Source of the DNA: Planctomycetales bacterium
GTDB taxonomy: Bacteria > 4484-113 > JAFGCY01
Direction: 5' to 3'
Assembly: GCA_022646745.1 (NCBI GenBank)
Contig: CP060262.1
Location: 1,680,001 to 1,712,000 of the forward strand
Length of the DNA stretch: 32,000 bases
Part shown: positions 9,930 to 20,000 of the stretch, in pieces
Layout: each line of letters opens with the position of its first letter
Position numbering within the stretch: the first letter of the stretch is position 1
Notes under the pieces: model-generated
What the model was told of the DNA's origin: nothing
Database searches by the model: none
What the model saw: the letters and a program-made list of their open reading frames with translations, nothing else
Program-made: the position numbers and the translations under genes

Positions 9930-11529
9930 CGGCTTCCCCCTCCTGCACCAGCTGCTCGAGCTCGGCGATCACGGCTGAAGAGTCCCACTGCTGCAGCAGG
10001 CGGGTGCGCAGGATCCATGCATGCAGGGGCAGGGACAGCAGGAACAGCCAGAGCATGAAGGGCCCCATCCCGCTCAGGCTCAGGCCACTGCCCGGGCTGC
10101 TGTTGCCAAGGAAGTAGGACATCGGCACCAGCATAAGCAGCAGCGGCGGTGCCATGGTCACGAGCATGTCCAGCGCTTCCGCGATGATGCCCGGCCGCAG
10201 TGAGCTGCCTTCCTGCCGCAGGTACCAGTTGAGGTTCCAGATCAGTGACCAGCAGGCCTCCATCCCGGGCTGGCGATGCTGCTTCGCGATCGGTGGAAAG
10301 GACAGCACTCCATGCAGCCAGGCCGGGCAGGCATTGAGCATCTCCTGCATCGGCAGCGTGCCTTGCACCACCTGGTCCACCAGTCCGCGCTGCCGGATCT
10401 GTTCACGCCGTTGCGTGATGCGCTGCACCATGTGTGGCTCCAGCAGGCCAGGCATCAGCCGGGCCTGGACCAGCAGGGCGATGCCGACCGCCACGAAGCC
10501 GGACAGCATGCCGAACAGCGGCAGGTAGGCGCTGACTCCGAAGCTGAAGGCAAAGAACAGCATCATGTTGAAGCCCATGTAATGCCGCACGAGGAAGCCG
10601 CTGCGGTTGTCAGAAACCATGCTGCCGTAGTAGGACAGCAGTGCCACCGTGCGCCGGAAAACCTCCGTGCTGCGCTCAACCTGCACCTCGCGGGGAATCG
10701 CCGCCTCGGCTTCCTCGCCCTCCCGGCCACTCTCCAGGTGTTCGAGCACCGGCTCCAGGTAATCCCGCAGCACCGGCAGCAGGAATGCAAAGCGGTAACC
10801 CTGCCGCATCAGTTCCACCGGCAGGCCGATTGACAGGCAGGCCAGCGCCAGGCCTATCCCGTAGTAAAACGGCAGCCGGAAGACCATCGGCACGATGATG
10901 AGCATCATCAGGGGCCACTGGATCACATTGACAAACCAGATGTTCCTGGTCCGGCTGTCCTTGCCGTAGTCGGAGTACTCTGGCAGTTTCCCGGCGATGC
11001 GCCGCAGTTGTGCCAGCGGTCCAGCCTGCATGGCCGGGTCGTCAAATTCGTTGGCAACCAGCTTCTCCGCCAGGCCACTGCCTGCGAGGCCCTCCTTCAG
11101 CAGTTTCAGGAATGGCTGTGGGCTCAGCAGGCTGCCGCCGGGGTTGTACACCGCCGGCAGGCGCCCGGGATCCCGCGCATAGGCCAGTGACTGGTAGCGC
11201 GCAATCGCGGCCGACAGCAGCAGGTAGGCCAGCAGCAGCAGGGGAATGAACAGCGCCAGGCTCAAGGGAGGCTGGAAGGAGCGCATGCTGTACATCGGCA
11301 GCACGAGGATCAGGCCGAAATACAGCAGCCAGTTCGCACTTGCCAGTCCGTTGATCCAGAACACCCGTGGCCTGACATTGGTGCACTCCTTTTCAAGTGC
11401 CGCCATCGCTTTCCGGATCTCATTGATCCGCTGGGCTGGCGGTGCGCTTCCCTCTCTCGCGATTGGGCCAGCTGCGGCCTCGGCAGTGCCTGCACGATCT
11501 GGCAACAGATTTCCCTGTTCAGCTTCCAT
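9919..11529 (-). CDS. Polytopic (about 8 TM) membrane protein, unknown family, paralog 2 of 3
   Basis: 536 aa, starting 'MEAEQ'. Overlaps the upstream paralog by 11 nt (11519-11529). Conserved blocks 'IPREVQVERS', 'GLVDQVVQGTLPMQEMLNACPAWLH', 'EACWSLIWNLNWY' and tail 'QLVQEGEADGS'. Confidence 0.8.
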   Translation of the reverse strand: MEAEQGNLLPDRAGTAEAAAGPIAREGSAPPAQRINEIRKAMAALEKECTNVRPRVFWINGLASANWLLYFGLILVLPMYSMRSFQPPLSLALFIPLLLLAYLLLSAAIARYQSLAYARDPGRLPAVYNPGGSLLSPQPFLKLLKEGLAGSGLAEKLVANEFDDPAMQAGPLAQLRRIAGKLPEYSDYGKDSRTRNIWFVNVIQWPLMMLIIVPMVFRLPFYYGIGLALACLSIGLPVELMRQGYRFAFLLPVLRDYLEPVLEHLESGREGEEAEAAIPREVQVERSTEVFRRTVALLSYYGSMVSDNRSGFLVRHYMGFNMMLFFAFSFGVSAYLPLFGMLSGFVAVGIALLVQARLMPGLLEPHMVQRITQRREQIRQRGLVDQVVQGTLPMQEMLNACPAWLHGVLSFPPIAKQHRQPGMEACWSLIWNLNWYLRQEGSSLRPGIIAEALDMLVTMAPPLLLMLVPMSYFLGNSSPGSGLSLSGMGPFMLWLFLLSLPLHAWILRTRLLQQWDSSAVIAELEQLVQEGEADGS

Positions 11530-13156
11530 CGCCTTCCCCCTCCTGCACCAGCTGCTCCATGCAGCTCAGCACCGCCCAGGCACCGGCAAGGTGCCGGGCG
11601 GCCCCCAGCATACTGAGGTAGATGAGGCAGGTTGTCAGCAACAGGATTGCCAGATACCAGCCTATGAGCGTGATGTTGTCAGGCAACGGGTTCTCTCCGA
11701 CCAGGATGCCGACCAGGTAGACTGGCACACCGACCAGCACTAGTATCGCCGGCAGCAGGCCGAGTGGCAGCAGCCAGTTGCTGTGCCAGCGCGGCCGTAC
11801 CATTGGCACCCGCTCGCCGCAGAACCAGTCGGCATTCCACATCAGGAGCCAGGCCTGCTCATTGGCGGTGCCGCGCAGCTGCTTCGGCATCGTGGGCAGG
11901 TAGAGCATGCGCTGCAGGAAGGGCGGGCAGGACAGCTGCAGTTCGCGGATTGGCAACAGGCCCATTGCCATCTGGCTGACCAACCCGCGCCGGCGGATGC
12001 TGTGTTCCAGCTGCTCCATCCGCGCCAGGGCCTGCCGGCCGACCTGCCAGCTCAGCAGGCGCAGCAGCAGGAACAGCAGGATTGCTGAGACGCCATTGGT
12101 GAACACCTCGCCTGGTGTTGTCACTTCGAACATGTTCAGGACAGCCATCATGCCGCAGAAAACGATCGAGAACAGGAGCGGAGCCACCGTGCCGATTGGC
12201 ACGCTCCAGCCCAGTCCGCTGCCGCGCCGCGCCAGCTCCGCCGCCAGCTCGATCGTCATCCGCCCGAGCCGCCCGCTGCCCTGCTCGACCTGCACCGCCG
12301 GCGGGATTTCCGCATCTCGCGTGCGCTCGGCCTGCAGGCTGCCACTGGCGGCATAGTAGCGCAGGGCGGACTTCAGGTAGGGCGCTGCCAGCTTCAGCCC
12401 GACGATGTAACGGCTGGCTTCCGTGAAATGAAGGGCAGTCCCGATGCCTGCGAACAGCAGGGCCACCATCGGCAGCACCGGTTCGACATGCCTGAAAGTC
12501 AGGCTGATTGGCAGGAGCAGGAGGCCGATCACAGCAGAAGCCAGTGAGAGATTCATTGTGAAGCGCCTGCTGCTGCCTGGGCCCGGTTCGGCAAGCTTGA
12601 ACTGGTGCCCGAGCCTGACAAGCAACTCCTCAACTTTTTCCGGGTCGCGCATTGCGGCCGTTGCCAGCTGCTCGGCGATACCGCTGCTATTCAGGCAGCG
12701 CTCAAGTGCGGCCTGCGCCATGCTGTTATGTACCCGCAGGGGGGCAGGCAGCAGCGGATAGGGCAGGGCAAGCGTGTCACGGTAGTACAGCTTCTCCAGC
12801 CTGCGGTAGATCGCATAGGCAGCCGGCGGCAGTATGCTCAGCAGCAGGAGCAGCAGCCAGCCTGCCTGGGGATAGGGAAGCTGGAACGGGTCGGGTCCGA
12901 ATCCGATCACGAGGAATGCCACCAGCAGGCAGGCGCTGAGCGGCAGCAGGCCCGGCAACAGCCACAGGCAGCGGATCAGGGCCGGCTGGCCCTCGCGGAT
13001 GGCAAGCTCGAGTTCCTTCTCAACGAGCTCGCAGGCCTGCCGCACCTGCTGCGCGCGGTCCACAGGTTCAGGCGTGGAAGCTGCTGGATGCGCTGCCCTC
13101 TCGCCGCGCTCCCGCTGATGCTCCTGCCAGGCTGTCCCCTGCAGATCCTGCTGCAT
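11519..13156 (-). CDS. Polytopic (about 8 TM) membrane protein, unknown family, paralog 1 of 3
   Basis: The track ORF reaches 13219, but its first 21 codons ('MLLLLILILILLLF...') translate the intergenic tandem repeats. I therefore prefer the ATG at 13156 ('MQQDLQGT...'), giving 545 aa. Blocks 'EIPPAVQVEQGSG', 'GLVSQMAMGLLPIRELQLSCPPFLQ', 'EQAWLLMWNADWFCGE' and tail 'QLVQEGEGDGS'. Confidence 0.75.
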   Translation of the reverse strand: MQQDLQGTAWQEHQRERGERAAHPAASTPEPVDRAQQVRQACELVEKELELAIREGQPALIRCLWLLPGLLPLSACLLVAFLVIGFGPDPFQLPYPQAGWLLLLLLSILPPAAYAIYRRLEKLYYRDTLALPYPLLPAPLRVHNSMAQAALERCLNSSGIAEQLATAAMRDPEKVEELLVRLGHQFKLAEPGPGSSRRFTMNLSLASAVIGLLLLPISLTFRHVEPVLPMVALLFAGIGTALHFTEASRYIVGLKLAAPYLKSALRYYAASGSLQAERTRDAEIPPAVQVEQGSGRLGRMTIELAAELARRGSGLGWSVPIGTVAPLLFSIVFCGMMAVLNMFEVTTPGEVFTNGVSAILLFLLLRLLSWQVGRQALARMEQLEHSIRRRGLVSQMAMGLLPIRELQLSCPPFLQRMLYLPTMPKQLRGTANEQAWLLMWNADWFCGERVPMVRPRWHSNWLLPLGLLPAILVLVGVPVYLVGILVGENPLPDNITLIGWYLAILLLTTCLIYLSMLGAARHLAGAWAVLSCMEQLVQEGEGDGS

Positions 13157-13177
13157 AGGCGGATTGTACCTTGAAGC

Positions 13178-13460
13178 AAACAGAAGCAGAATCAGAATGA
13201 GAATCAGAAGCAGCAGCACTCAGGCTATAGCCTGCCGGCTCATGCCTTGAGTTTCACTCCCTTCCTGATCTGATCCTTCTCCTTCTGATCTGATCCTTTT
13301 CCTTCTGATTCTGATTCTGATTCTGCTCACTCTTCATTGCTGCCTGCCTGCCATTCCACGGGAATGGCCTCCTGTCAGGCCATGGGCCTGACCTCCACTG
13401 CATTCTGCTTCTGCCTTCTGCCTTCTGCCCACTGACCACTGACCACTGACTACTGTTTAC
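13178..13460. repeat. Intergenic imperfect palindrome of 6-7 nt tandem repeats, in a divergent promoter region
   Basis: 13186-13207 'gcagaatcagaatgagaatcag' matches the reverse complement of 13305-13326 'ctgattctgattctgattctgc' at 21 of 22 positions. 13395-13450 is the reverse complement of the ordered mosaic seen at 8021-8120: (TCAGTGG)3, then (GCAGAAG)n, then GCAGAATG. Internal palindromes are caggctatagcctg (13221-13234) and ccattcc-acg-ggaatgg (13351-13367). Confidence 0.85.
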
Positions 13461-13580
13461 TGATGTTTCCGCCTTTGCTAGATTAATAGAGATACTGGAC
13501 GAGGATGCAGGGGATCCCCACGTGCCGCGCTCCCGGGCCGGGAAGCGCCGGACCTGCCCCGCAATGCCCCGGGAGGCTTC

Positions 13581-16500
13581 ATGCGTAACCGTTTCCTGAC
13601 TGCCGCGCTGGCGTGCATCTGCACTGCTGCGCTCCATTCCAATGCCCGCGCCAACGAGTACACCGTCGATGCCGGGCTGCTGCGTTACCCCGATGTCAGC
13701 GCCGACAGCATCTGCTTCAGCTTCGGCAATGATGTCTGGACCGTGCCGATCAGCGGCGGCACCGCCTCCCGGCTGAGCAGCACCTCCGGCGAGGAGATCC
13801 TCGCGCGCTTCAGCCCGGACGGCTCGCACATCGCCTACAGCGCCAACTACGAGGGCAGCCGCGATGTGTACATCCTGCCGCGCGAGGGTGGCATCCCACA
13901 GCGCCTGACCTGGAACCCCGGGTCCTGCAACATGGTGGACTTCACCGCGGACGGCGACGTGATGTTCTACTCCGGTTACGAGAGCAAGCACAACGGCGGC
14001 GGGCGGATCTACCGGGTCAGCAGCCAGGGCGGCATCCCGACGGCGCTGCCGATGGAGTTCGCCGTCTACGGCACGCTGGACAAGGATGGCAAGACCTTCG
14101 CCTTCACGCCCTCCAGCCGTGAGACCCGCACCTGGAAGCGCTACCAGGGCGGTCTGGCGCAGGATATCTGGCTTTTGGACATCGAGAGCCTCGAAAGCGA
14201 GCAGATCACCGACTGGCCGGGCACCGACGCCCTGCCGATGATCGATGGCAACGATGTGTGGTACATGTCTGACCGGGGCCCGGCGCACCGCCTGAACATC
14301 TGGCGCTACGACCGTACGACGAAAGAGCATACCCAGCTCACCAAGTTCACCGACTACGACATCAAGTGGCCCAGCATGGGCCCCGCGCACATCGTGTTCG
14401 AGAACGGTGGCGACCTCTGGCTGTATGAAAAGGCATCCGGCAAGGCCTCCAAGGTGGCCGTCAGCCTGCCCGGCGACCGTCCGACGCTGATGACAACTGC
14501 GATGGATGTGACGGACCAGTTCGGCGACGTGATGGCCAGCCCCAACGGCAAGCGGCTCGTGGGTGAGGCCCGGGGCGATGTCTGGACCATCCCGGTGGAG
14601 GAGGGCATCAACCGCAACCTGACGATGACGGACGGCTTCGCCGAGCGCAACCCGCGCTGGAGCCCGGACGGGCAGTGGATCTGCTGGCTCGGTGACAACA
14701 CGGGCAACTACGAGATCTACATCGCGCAGTCCGACGGCAAGGGCGAGACCCGCCAGCTGACGAAGGGCAGCGAGACCTTCTACACACGGCCCGAGTGGTC
14801 GCCGGATTCGAAGAAGATCAGCTATGCGGACAGCACCGGCCGGATCCACATCTTCGACATTGACAAGGACGAGTCGCGTGAGATCGACCGCGACCCCTGG
14901 GCCTACTACCCCTACACCAGCGTGAACTGGAGCGCGGACAGCCGCTGGGTGACCTACGGCCGGCTGAACCGTGAGAACCAGAACAGCCAGGTGATGCTCT
15001 ACGACTTTGACAACGACAAGCTGCACAGCGTGACGGATCCGATGTTCGGCCATGTCCAGCCGGTGTTCGACCTTTCCGGCGACTACCTGTACTACATCTC
15101 GCGCCTGAACTTCAACCACCGCTTCGGCGACATGGACTCGACCTACATCTACACCGACAGCCAGGTGCTGTGCGTCGTGCCGCTGCGCAATGACGTGGAC
15201 TCCCCCTTCGCGCTTTCGAATGACGAGGAGGAGATCAAGGCTGAAGAGAAACAGGATGAGAATGAGAAGCAGGATGAGGAGAAGGCGGAAGGCGAGGACG
15301 GCGCTGGCGAGGGCAAGGAAGAGAAAGCCGACAGGAAGGATGGCAAGGACAAGAAAAAGGACAAGAAGAAGGGCATCGACATCGATATTGAGGGCTTCGA
15401 GTCCCGCGCGATCGAGATCCCGCTGCGTCCCGGCAGCTATGGCAACCTGCAGGCCGCCGAGGGCCGCATCTTCTACACCTTCGGCGGCTTCAACAGCGGC
15501 CGCGAGGCCTACACCTACGACCTGAAGGAGCAGAAGGAGGAGAAGCTCGGTGACGGCATCGGCGACTTCCAGCTGCTGCCCGGTGGCAAGCAGATGCTGA
15601 TCAGCGGACGCGGCAACCGCTATGCAATCGTCAAGGCCGGCCCGAATGCCCGCTTCGACAAGGCGGTCAGCGTTGCCAACCTCACCGCCGACATCAACCC
15701 GCGCCATGAGTGGAAGCAGCTGGTGACCGACGCCTGGCGCTTCTACCGAGACCTGTTCTATGCCCCGAACCTGCATGAGGTGGACTGGGACCTGGTCGGC
15801 AAGCGCTACATCGGGATGGTGGACCACGCCGTCAACCGCCAGGATGTGAGCTACATCATCGGCGAGATGATCGGCGAACTGAACACCGGACACACCTACT
15901 ACAGCGGCCCGGGCGAAGCGCAGCCGAACCGCAATGTCGGCCTGCTTGGCGCTGACTATGAGCTGGCAACGCAGGACGGCAGCAGCGCCTGGCGGATCAG
16001 CCACATCTTCCACGGCGCGGACTTCGACGTGGACAGCCGCGGCCCGCTTTCCGAGCCCGGACTGGATGTCGGCGAGGGTGACTTCCTGCTGGCCGTCAAT
16101 GGCGTGGCACTGTCAACGAAACTGCCGGTCTGGGCCGGCTTCCAGGGCATGGCCGGCCAGACGACCATCCTGACAATCTCAGACGACGCGGTGCTTGGCA
16201 ATGATGACGACCGCGAGCTGGTGGTGCGCCCCGTCGGCAACGAGCAGGGCATGCGCCGCTTCGACTGGATCGAGGCCAACCGCCAGAAGGTGCTGGAGGC
16301 GACCGACGGCAAGGTCGGCTACATCTACGTGCCCAACACCAGCGGCGACGGCGTGAACAACCTGATGCGCCAGCTGCAGGGCCAGTACCACCTTGACGGG
16401 CTCGTGATCGACGAGCGCTGGAACGGCGGCGGCTACATCCCGACCTACTTCATCGACATCCTCGGCAGGAAGACCTACAGTTACTGGGCGCGCCGCGACG

Positions 16501-16937
16501 GTGAGGACTGGAGCACGCCGGACCTCGCGCACAACGGACCGAAGGTGATGCTGATCAACGCCAAGAGCGGATCCGGCGGCGATGCCTTCCCGTACTACTT
16601 CCGCCAGGCCGGGCTCGGCCCGCTGGTCGGTACCCGCACCTGGGGCGGCCTGGTCGGCATCTCCGGCTCACCGCGCCTGATCGACGGCAGCCGCCCCTCG
16701 ATCCCGATCTTCGGCTTCTACGAGCTGGACGGCAGCTGGGGCATCGAGGGCCACGGCGTCGATCCGGATATTGAAGTGATTGACGACCCGGGCCTGCTGG
16801 CAAAGGGCCAGGACCCGCAGCTGGACGCGGCGATCACCGAGATCCGCCGCCTGATCTTCGAGCAGCCCTACCGCAAGCCGGGCACCCCGCCCTGGCCGGA
16901 CCGCAGCGGTGTGGGCGTGAAGGAAAGTGAGAAGTAG
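13581..16937 (+). CDS. Secreted tricorn protease homolog (beta-propellers + PDZ + S41 peptidase), paralog 1
   Basis: 1118 aa. GGGAGG lies 5 nt upstream of the ATG. Signal peptide 'MRNRFLTAALACICTAALHSNARA'. Tricorn-like N-terminus 'LRYPDVSADSICFSFGNDVWTVPISGG', repeated 'SPDG' propeller blades, His block 'GELNTGHTYY' and Ser block 'INAKSGSGGDAFPYYFR'. Confidence 0.9.
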   Translation: MRNRFLTAALACICTAALHSNARANEYTVDAGLLRYPDVSADSICFSFGNDVWTVPISGGTASRLSSTSGEEILARFSPDGSHIAYSANYEGSRDVYILPREGGIPQRLTWNPGSCNMVDFTADGDVMFYSGYESKHNGGGRIYRVSSQGGIPTALPMEFAVYGTLDKDGKTFAFTPSSRETRTWKRYQGGLAQDIWLLDIESLESEQITDWPGTDALPMIDGNDVWYMSDRGPAHRLNIWRYDRTTKEHTQLTKFTDYDIKWPSMGPAHIVFENGGDLWLYEKASGKASKVAVSLPGDRPTLMTTAMDVTDQFGDVMASPNGKRLVGEARGDVWTIPVEEGINRNLTMTDGFAERNPRWSPDGQWICWLGDNTGNYEIYIAQSDGKGETRQLTKGSETFYTRPEWSPDSKKISYADSTGRIHIFDIDKDESREIDRDPWAYYPYTSVNWSADSRWVTYGRLNRENQNSQVMLYDFDNDKLHSVTDPMFGHVQPVFDLSGDYLYYISRLNFNHRFGDMDSTYIYTDSQVLCVVPLRNDVDSPFALSNDEEEIKAEEKQDENEKQDEEKAEGEDGAGEGKEEKADRKDGKDKKKDKKKGIDIDIEGFESRAIEIPLRPGSYGNLQAAEGRIFYTFGGFNSGREAYTYDLKEQKEEKLGDGIGDFQLLPGGKQMLISGRGNRYAIVKAGPNARFDKAVSVANLTADINPRHEWKQLVTDAWRFYRDLFYAPNLHEVDWDLVGKRYIGMVDHAVNRQDVSYIIGEMIGELNTGHTYYSGPGEAQPNRNVGLLGADYELATQDGSSAWRISHIFHGADFDVDSRGPLSEPGLDVGEGDFLLAVNGVALSTKLPVWAGFQGMAGQTTILTISDDAVLGNDDDRELVVRPVGNEQGMRRFDWIEANRQKVLEATDGKVGYIYVPNTSGDGVNNLMRQLQGQYHLDGLVIDERWNGGGYIPTYFIDILGRKTYSYWARRDGEDWSTPDLAHNGPKVMLINAKSGSGGDAFPYYFRQAGLGPLVGTRTWGGLVGISGSPRLIDGSRPSIPIFGFYELDGSWGIEGHGVDPDIEVIDDPGLLAKGQDPQLDAAITEIRRLIFEQPYRKPGTPPWPDRSGVGVKESEK

Positions 16938-17051
16938 GCGATAAACTTGCGTCGCCTGAAACATAATCATATGGATATGGTGTCTGGACTTCCCATGGGG
17001 GAAGCCCCGCTGTATTCATCCACATATCCTGGCGCGAGCCATGGAGGAATA

Positions 17052-20000
17052 ATGCTTTACCGTAACCTTATCGCCACGGTGCTTCTGCTGTGCTGCGCCC
17101 AAGCAGTACCGGCGGCCGCTGCCGACTTTGACATCGACGCCGCGATGCTGCGTTTCCCTGATGTCTCGGACACGCAGATCGCGTTTGCTTATAACAACGA
17201 CCTGTGGATCGCCCCCAAGGGTGGTGGCACGGCCGTGCCGCTCAGCAGCCCGGCCGGCACCGAGATCCTGCCGCATTTCAGCCCGGACGGGAAGTCCATT
17301 GCCTTCACTGCCAACTACGAAGGCAACCAGGACGTCTACATCATGCCCGTCGAAGGCGGCATCCCGAAGCGCCTGACCTTCGGCCCGATGCAGGACATGG
17401 TGGTCGGCTTCGACTCCGAGGGCAATGTGCTGTTCTCCAACGCCAGCGAAATGAAGAACTATGGCGGCGGGAAGATCTACAGCATCAGCCCCAATGGCGG
17501 GATCCCCGAGGCCCTGCCGCTGGAGTACGGCGCCTTCTGCAGCGTGGAGGGTGACACCATCGCCTTCACGCCGTCCACCCGCGAGAACCGCACCTGGAAG
17601 CGTTACCAGGGTGGCCTGGCGCAGGACATCTGGCTGCTCAACAAGAAGACACTCGCGAGCGAGCGCATCACCGATTTCCCCGGCACCGATGCCCAGCCGA
17701 TGCTGCACGGCGACAAGGTCTACTTCGTGTCCGATGCCGGTCCGGAGAACCGCCTGAACCTGTGGGTCTATGACCGCACTACGAAGAAGCGCAGCCAGCT
17801 CACTGAATTCAAGGACTTCGACTGCAAGTTCCCCGGCATGGGTCCCTCCGAGATCGTGCTCGAGAACGGTGGCGACCTCTACCTCTACGGCATCGCCAGC
17901 GGCGAGCTGAAGTCCGTCAAGATCCGCATCCCGGGTGACCGCCCGACACTCATGACCCAGAGCGAGGATGTCAGCCCGCTGATCTTCAGTGCCAGCCCCT
18001 CCCCGAACGGAGTGCGCCTCGCGCTTGAGGCCCGCGGCGAGATCTGGACGGTGCCCGTCGAGGACGGCATCAAGCGCAACCTGACGATGTCCCCGGACAG
18101 CAATGAGCGCTACCCGGTCTGGAGCCCTGATGGCAAGTGGATCGCCTACTTCAGCGATGCCGACGGTGACTATGAACTGTATGTGACCCAGAGTGACGGC
18201 CGCGGCGAGACGCGCCAGCTCACGACGGATGACGAGACCTGGTTCACCAACCCGGTCTGGAGCCCGGATTCCAGCAAGATCGCCTTTGCCGACCGCACAG
18301 GATCGATCTTCATTCACAGCATCGAGCAGGAGACCACATTCCTGATCGACGAGGACCCCTGGGCGGCCTACCCCTACACGAATGTGGTCTGGTCGGCGGA
18401 TTCCAGCTGGCTGGCCTACTCGCGGATGGACAATGAGAATGGCAACGGTGTGATCGTGCTGTACGACGTCGTCAACGCCTGGGCGCACCAGGTGACGAGC
18501 TCGATGTTCTCCAGCACCAACCCGACTTTTGACCGCAATGGCAACTACCTGTACTTCCTCACCAACCGCAGCTTCCAGCACAGCTTCGGCGACCTGGACG
18601 AGACTTACGTCTTCCCGGACAGCACGCTGATGGCCTGTGTGCCGCTGCGCAATGACGTGAAGGACCCCTGGGCCGGCGGCAATGACGATGAGGAGATCAA
18701 GGCCGAGGAGAAGGCTGACGAATCCAAGGACGAGGCCAAGGCCGAAGGCGAGGGCGATGAGGCCGCCGACGGGGATAAGCCCGCCGATGAGGAGAAGCCA
18801 GCCGCGGAGGAAGAGAAGCCCGGCCTGAAGATCGACATCGAGGGCTTCGAGGGCCGTGCGATCCTGATGCCGCTGCCCGGTGGCAACTACTGGAACCTGG
18901 AGGCCGGCGAGGGCAAGGTGTTCTACGTCGATGGCAACAACCCGGCCGGCCCGACGATCATGATGTTCGGCGCCGGTGAGGACCAGCCCGCCCCCGTAAT
19001 CGGCGGTGCCTTCGGCTTCGGCCTGCTGCCCGACGGCAAGCGCATGCTTGTCAGCGTCGGTGGCCGGATGGGCATCATCAACGCCGCTCCGAACCAGAAG
19101 CTGGACAAGCCGGTAGACACCTCCGGCCTGGTGATGGAGTACGAGCCGCGTGGGCACTGGCGCTCACTGGTGCGTGATGCGCACCGGATGTACAAGTACC
19201 TGTTCTACGACCCGAACCTGCACAAGGTGGACTGGGACAAGGTCGGCAAGCGCTACATCGGCATGGTTGACGACGCCGTCAACCGCCAGGACATCACCTG
19301 GATCATCTCCGAGATGATCTCCGAGCTGAACGTGGGCCACTCCTACTACGGCGGCCCCTCCGACCCGGCCCCCAGCCGCAGCGTCGGCCTGCTTGGTGCT
19401 GACTACGAATACGTGAATGATGGCAACGGCCAGTCCGGCATCCGCATCGCCCACATCTTCGGCGGCGCGGACTGGGACCTTGATGCCCGCTCGCCGCTCT
19501 GGCTGCCTGGTGAGGACGTGGCAGAGGGCGACTTCATCATCGCCGTCAACAACGTGCCGGTCGACCCGGGCATGCCGCTCGATGCGGCGATGCAGGGCCT
19601 CGCCGGCCAGACCACCGTGCTGACCATCAGTGACGATGCGACGGTTGGCGACGATGACCGCGAGGTGGTCGTCACCCCGATCGGCTGGGACTATGAGCTG
19701 CGCCGCCGCGACTGGATCGAGGCCAACCGCCGCTACGTCGAGGAGAAGACCGGCGGCAAGGTCGGCTACATCTACGTGCCGGACACCGCGCAGGACGGTG
19801 TCAACAACCTGATGCGCCAGTTCGTCGGCCAGTTCACCCGCCAGGGCCTGATCGTCGACGAGCGCTGGAACGGCGGTGGCTACATCCCGACCTACTTCAT
19901 TGACATCCTCTCACGCAAGTCCCGCAGCTACTGGGCGCGCCGCGATGGCAACACCTGGGCGACCCCGACGCTGGCCCACAACGGCCCGAAGGTGATGCTC

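Noticed and set aside
13254-16013. 919-aa minus-strand ORF antisense to tricorn paralog 1. Similar cases: 17016-19157 (713 aa), 23395-25848 (817 aa), 1779-3251 (490 aa), 20455-21441, 21336-22241, 26097-26864 and 26374-26961.
   Set aside because: All lie opposite genes with clear family motifs. Their translations are Arg/Ala/Gly/His/Val-rich and lack domain text. They are the expected stop-codon-poor antisense frames of high-GC3 coding sequence.
8307-16937. Hypothesis that the conserved acidic C-terminal tails of the three membrane paralogs are ligands for the PDZ domains of the adjacent tricorn-like proteases
   Set aside because: The hairpin topology and the Arg-rich loops place the tails on the cytoplasmic side, whereas both proteases carry signal peptides. 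Direct recognition is therefore unlikely. I kept only the divergent-operon adjacency as context.
16938-17051. Short hairpins between the two tricorn genes (aggcga...tcgcct at about 16936-16955; cttccc-atgg-gggaag at about 16989-17004)
   Set aside because: The stems are only 5-6 bp and have no U-tract. They are not distinguishable from chance in GC-rich DNA, and the two genes are probably co-transcribed.
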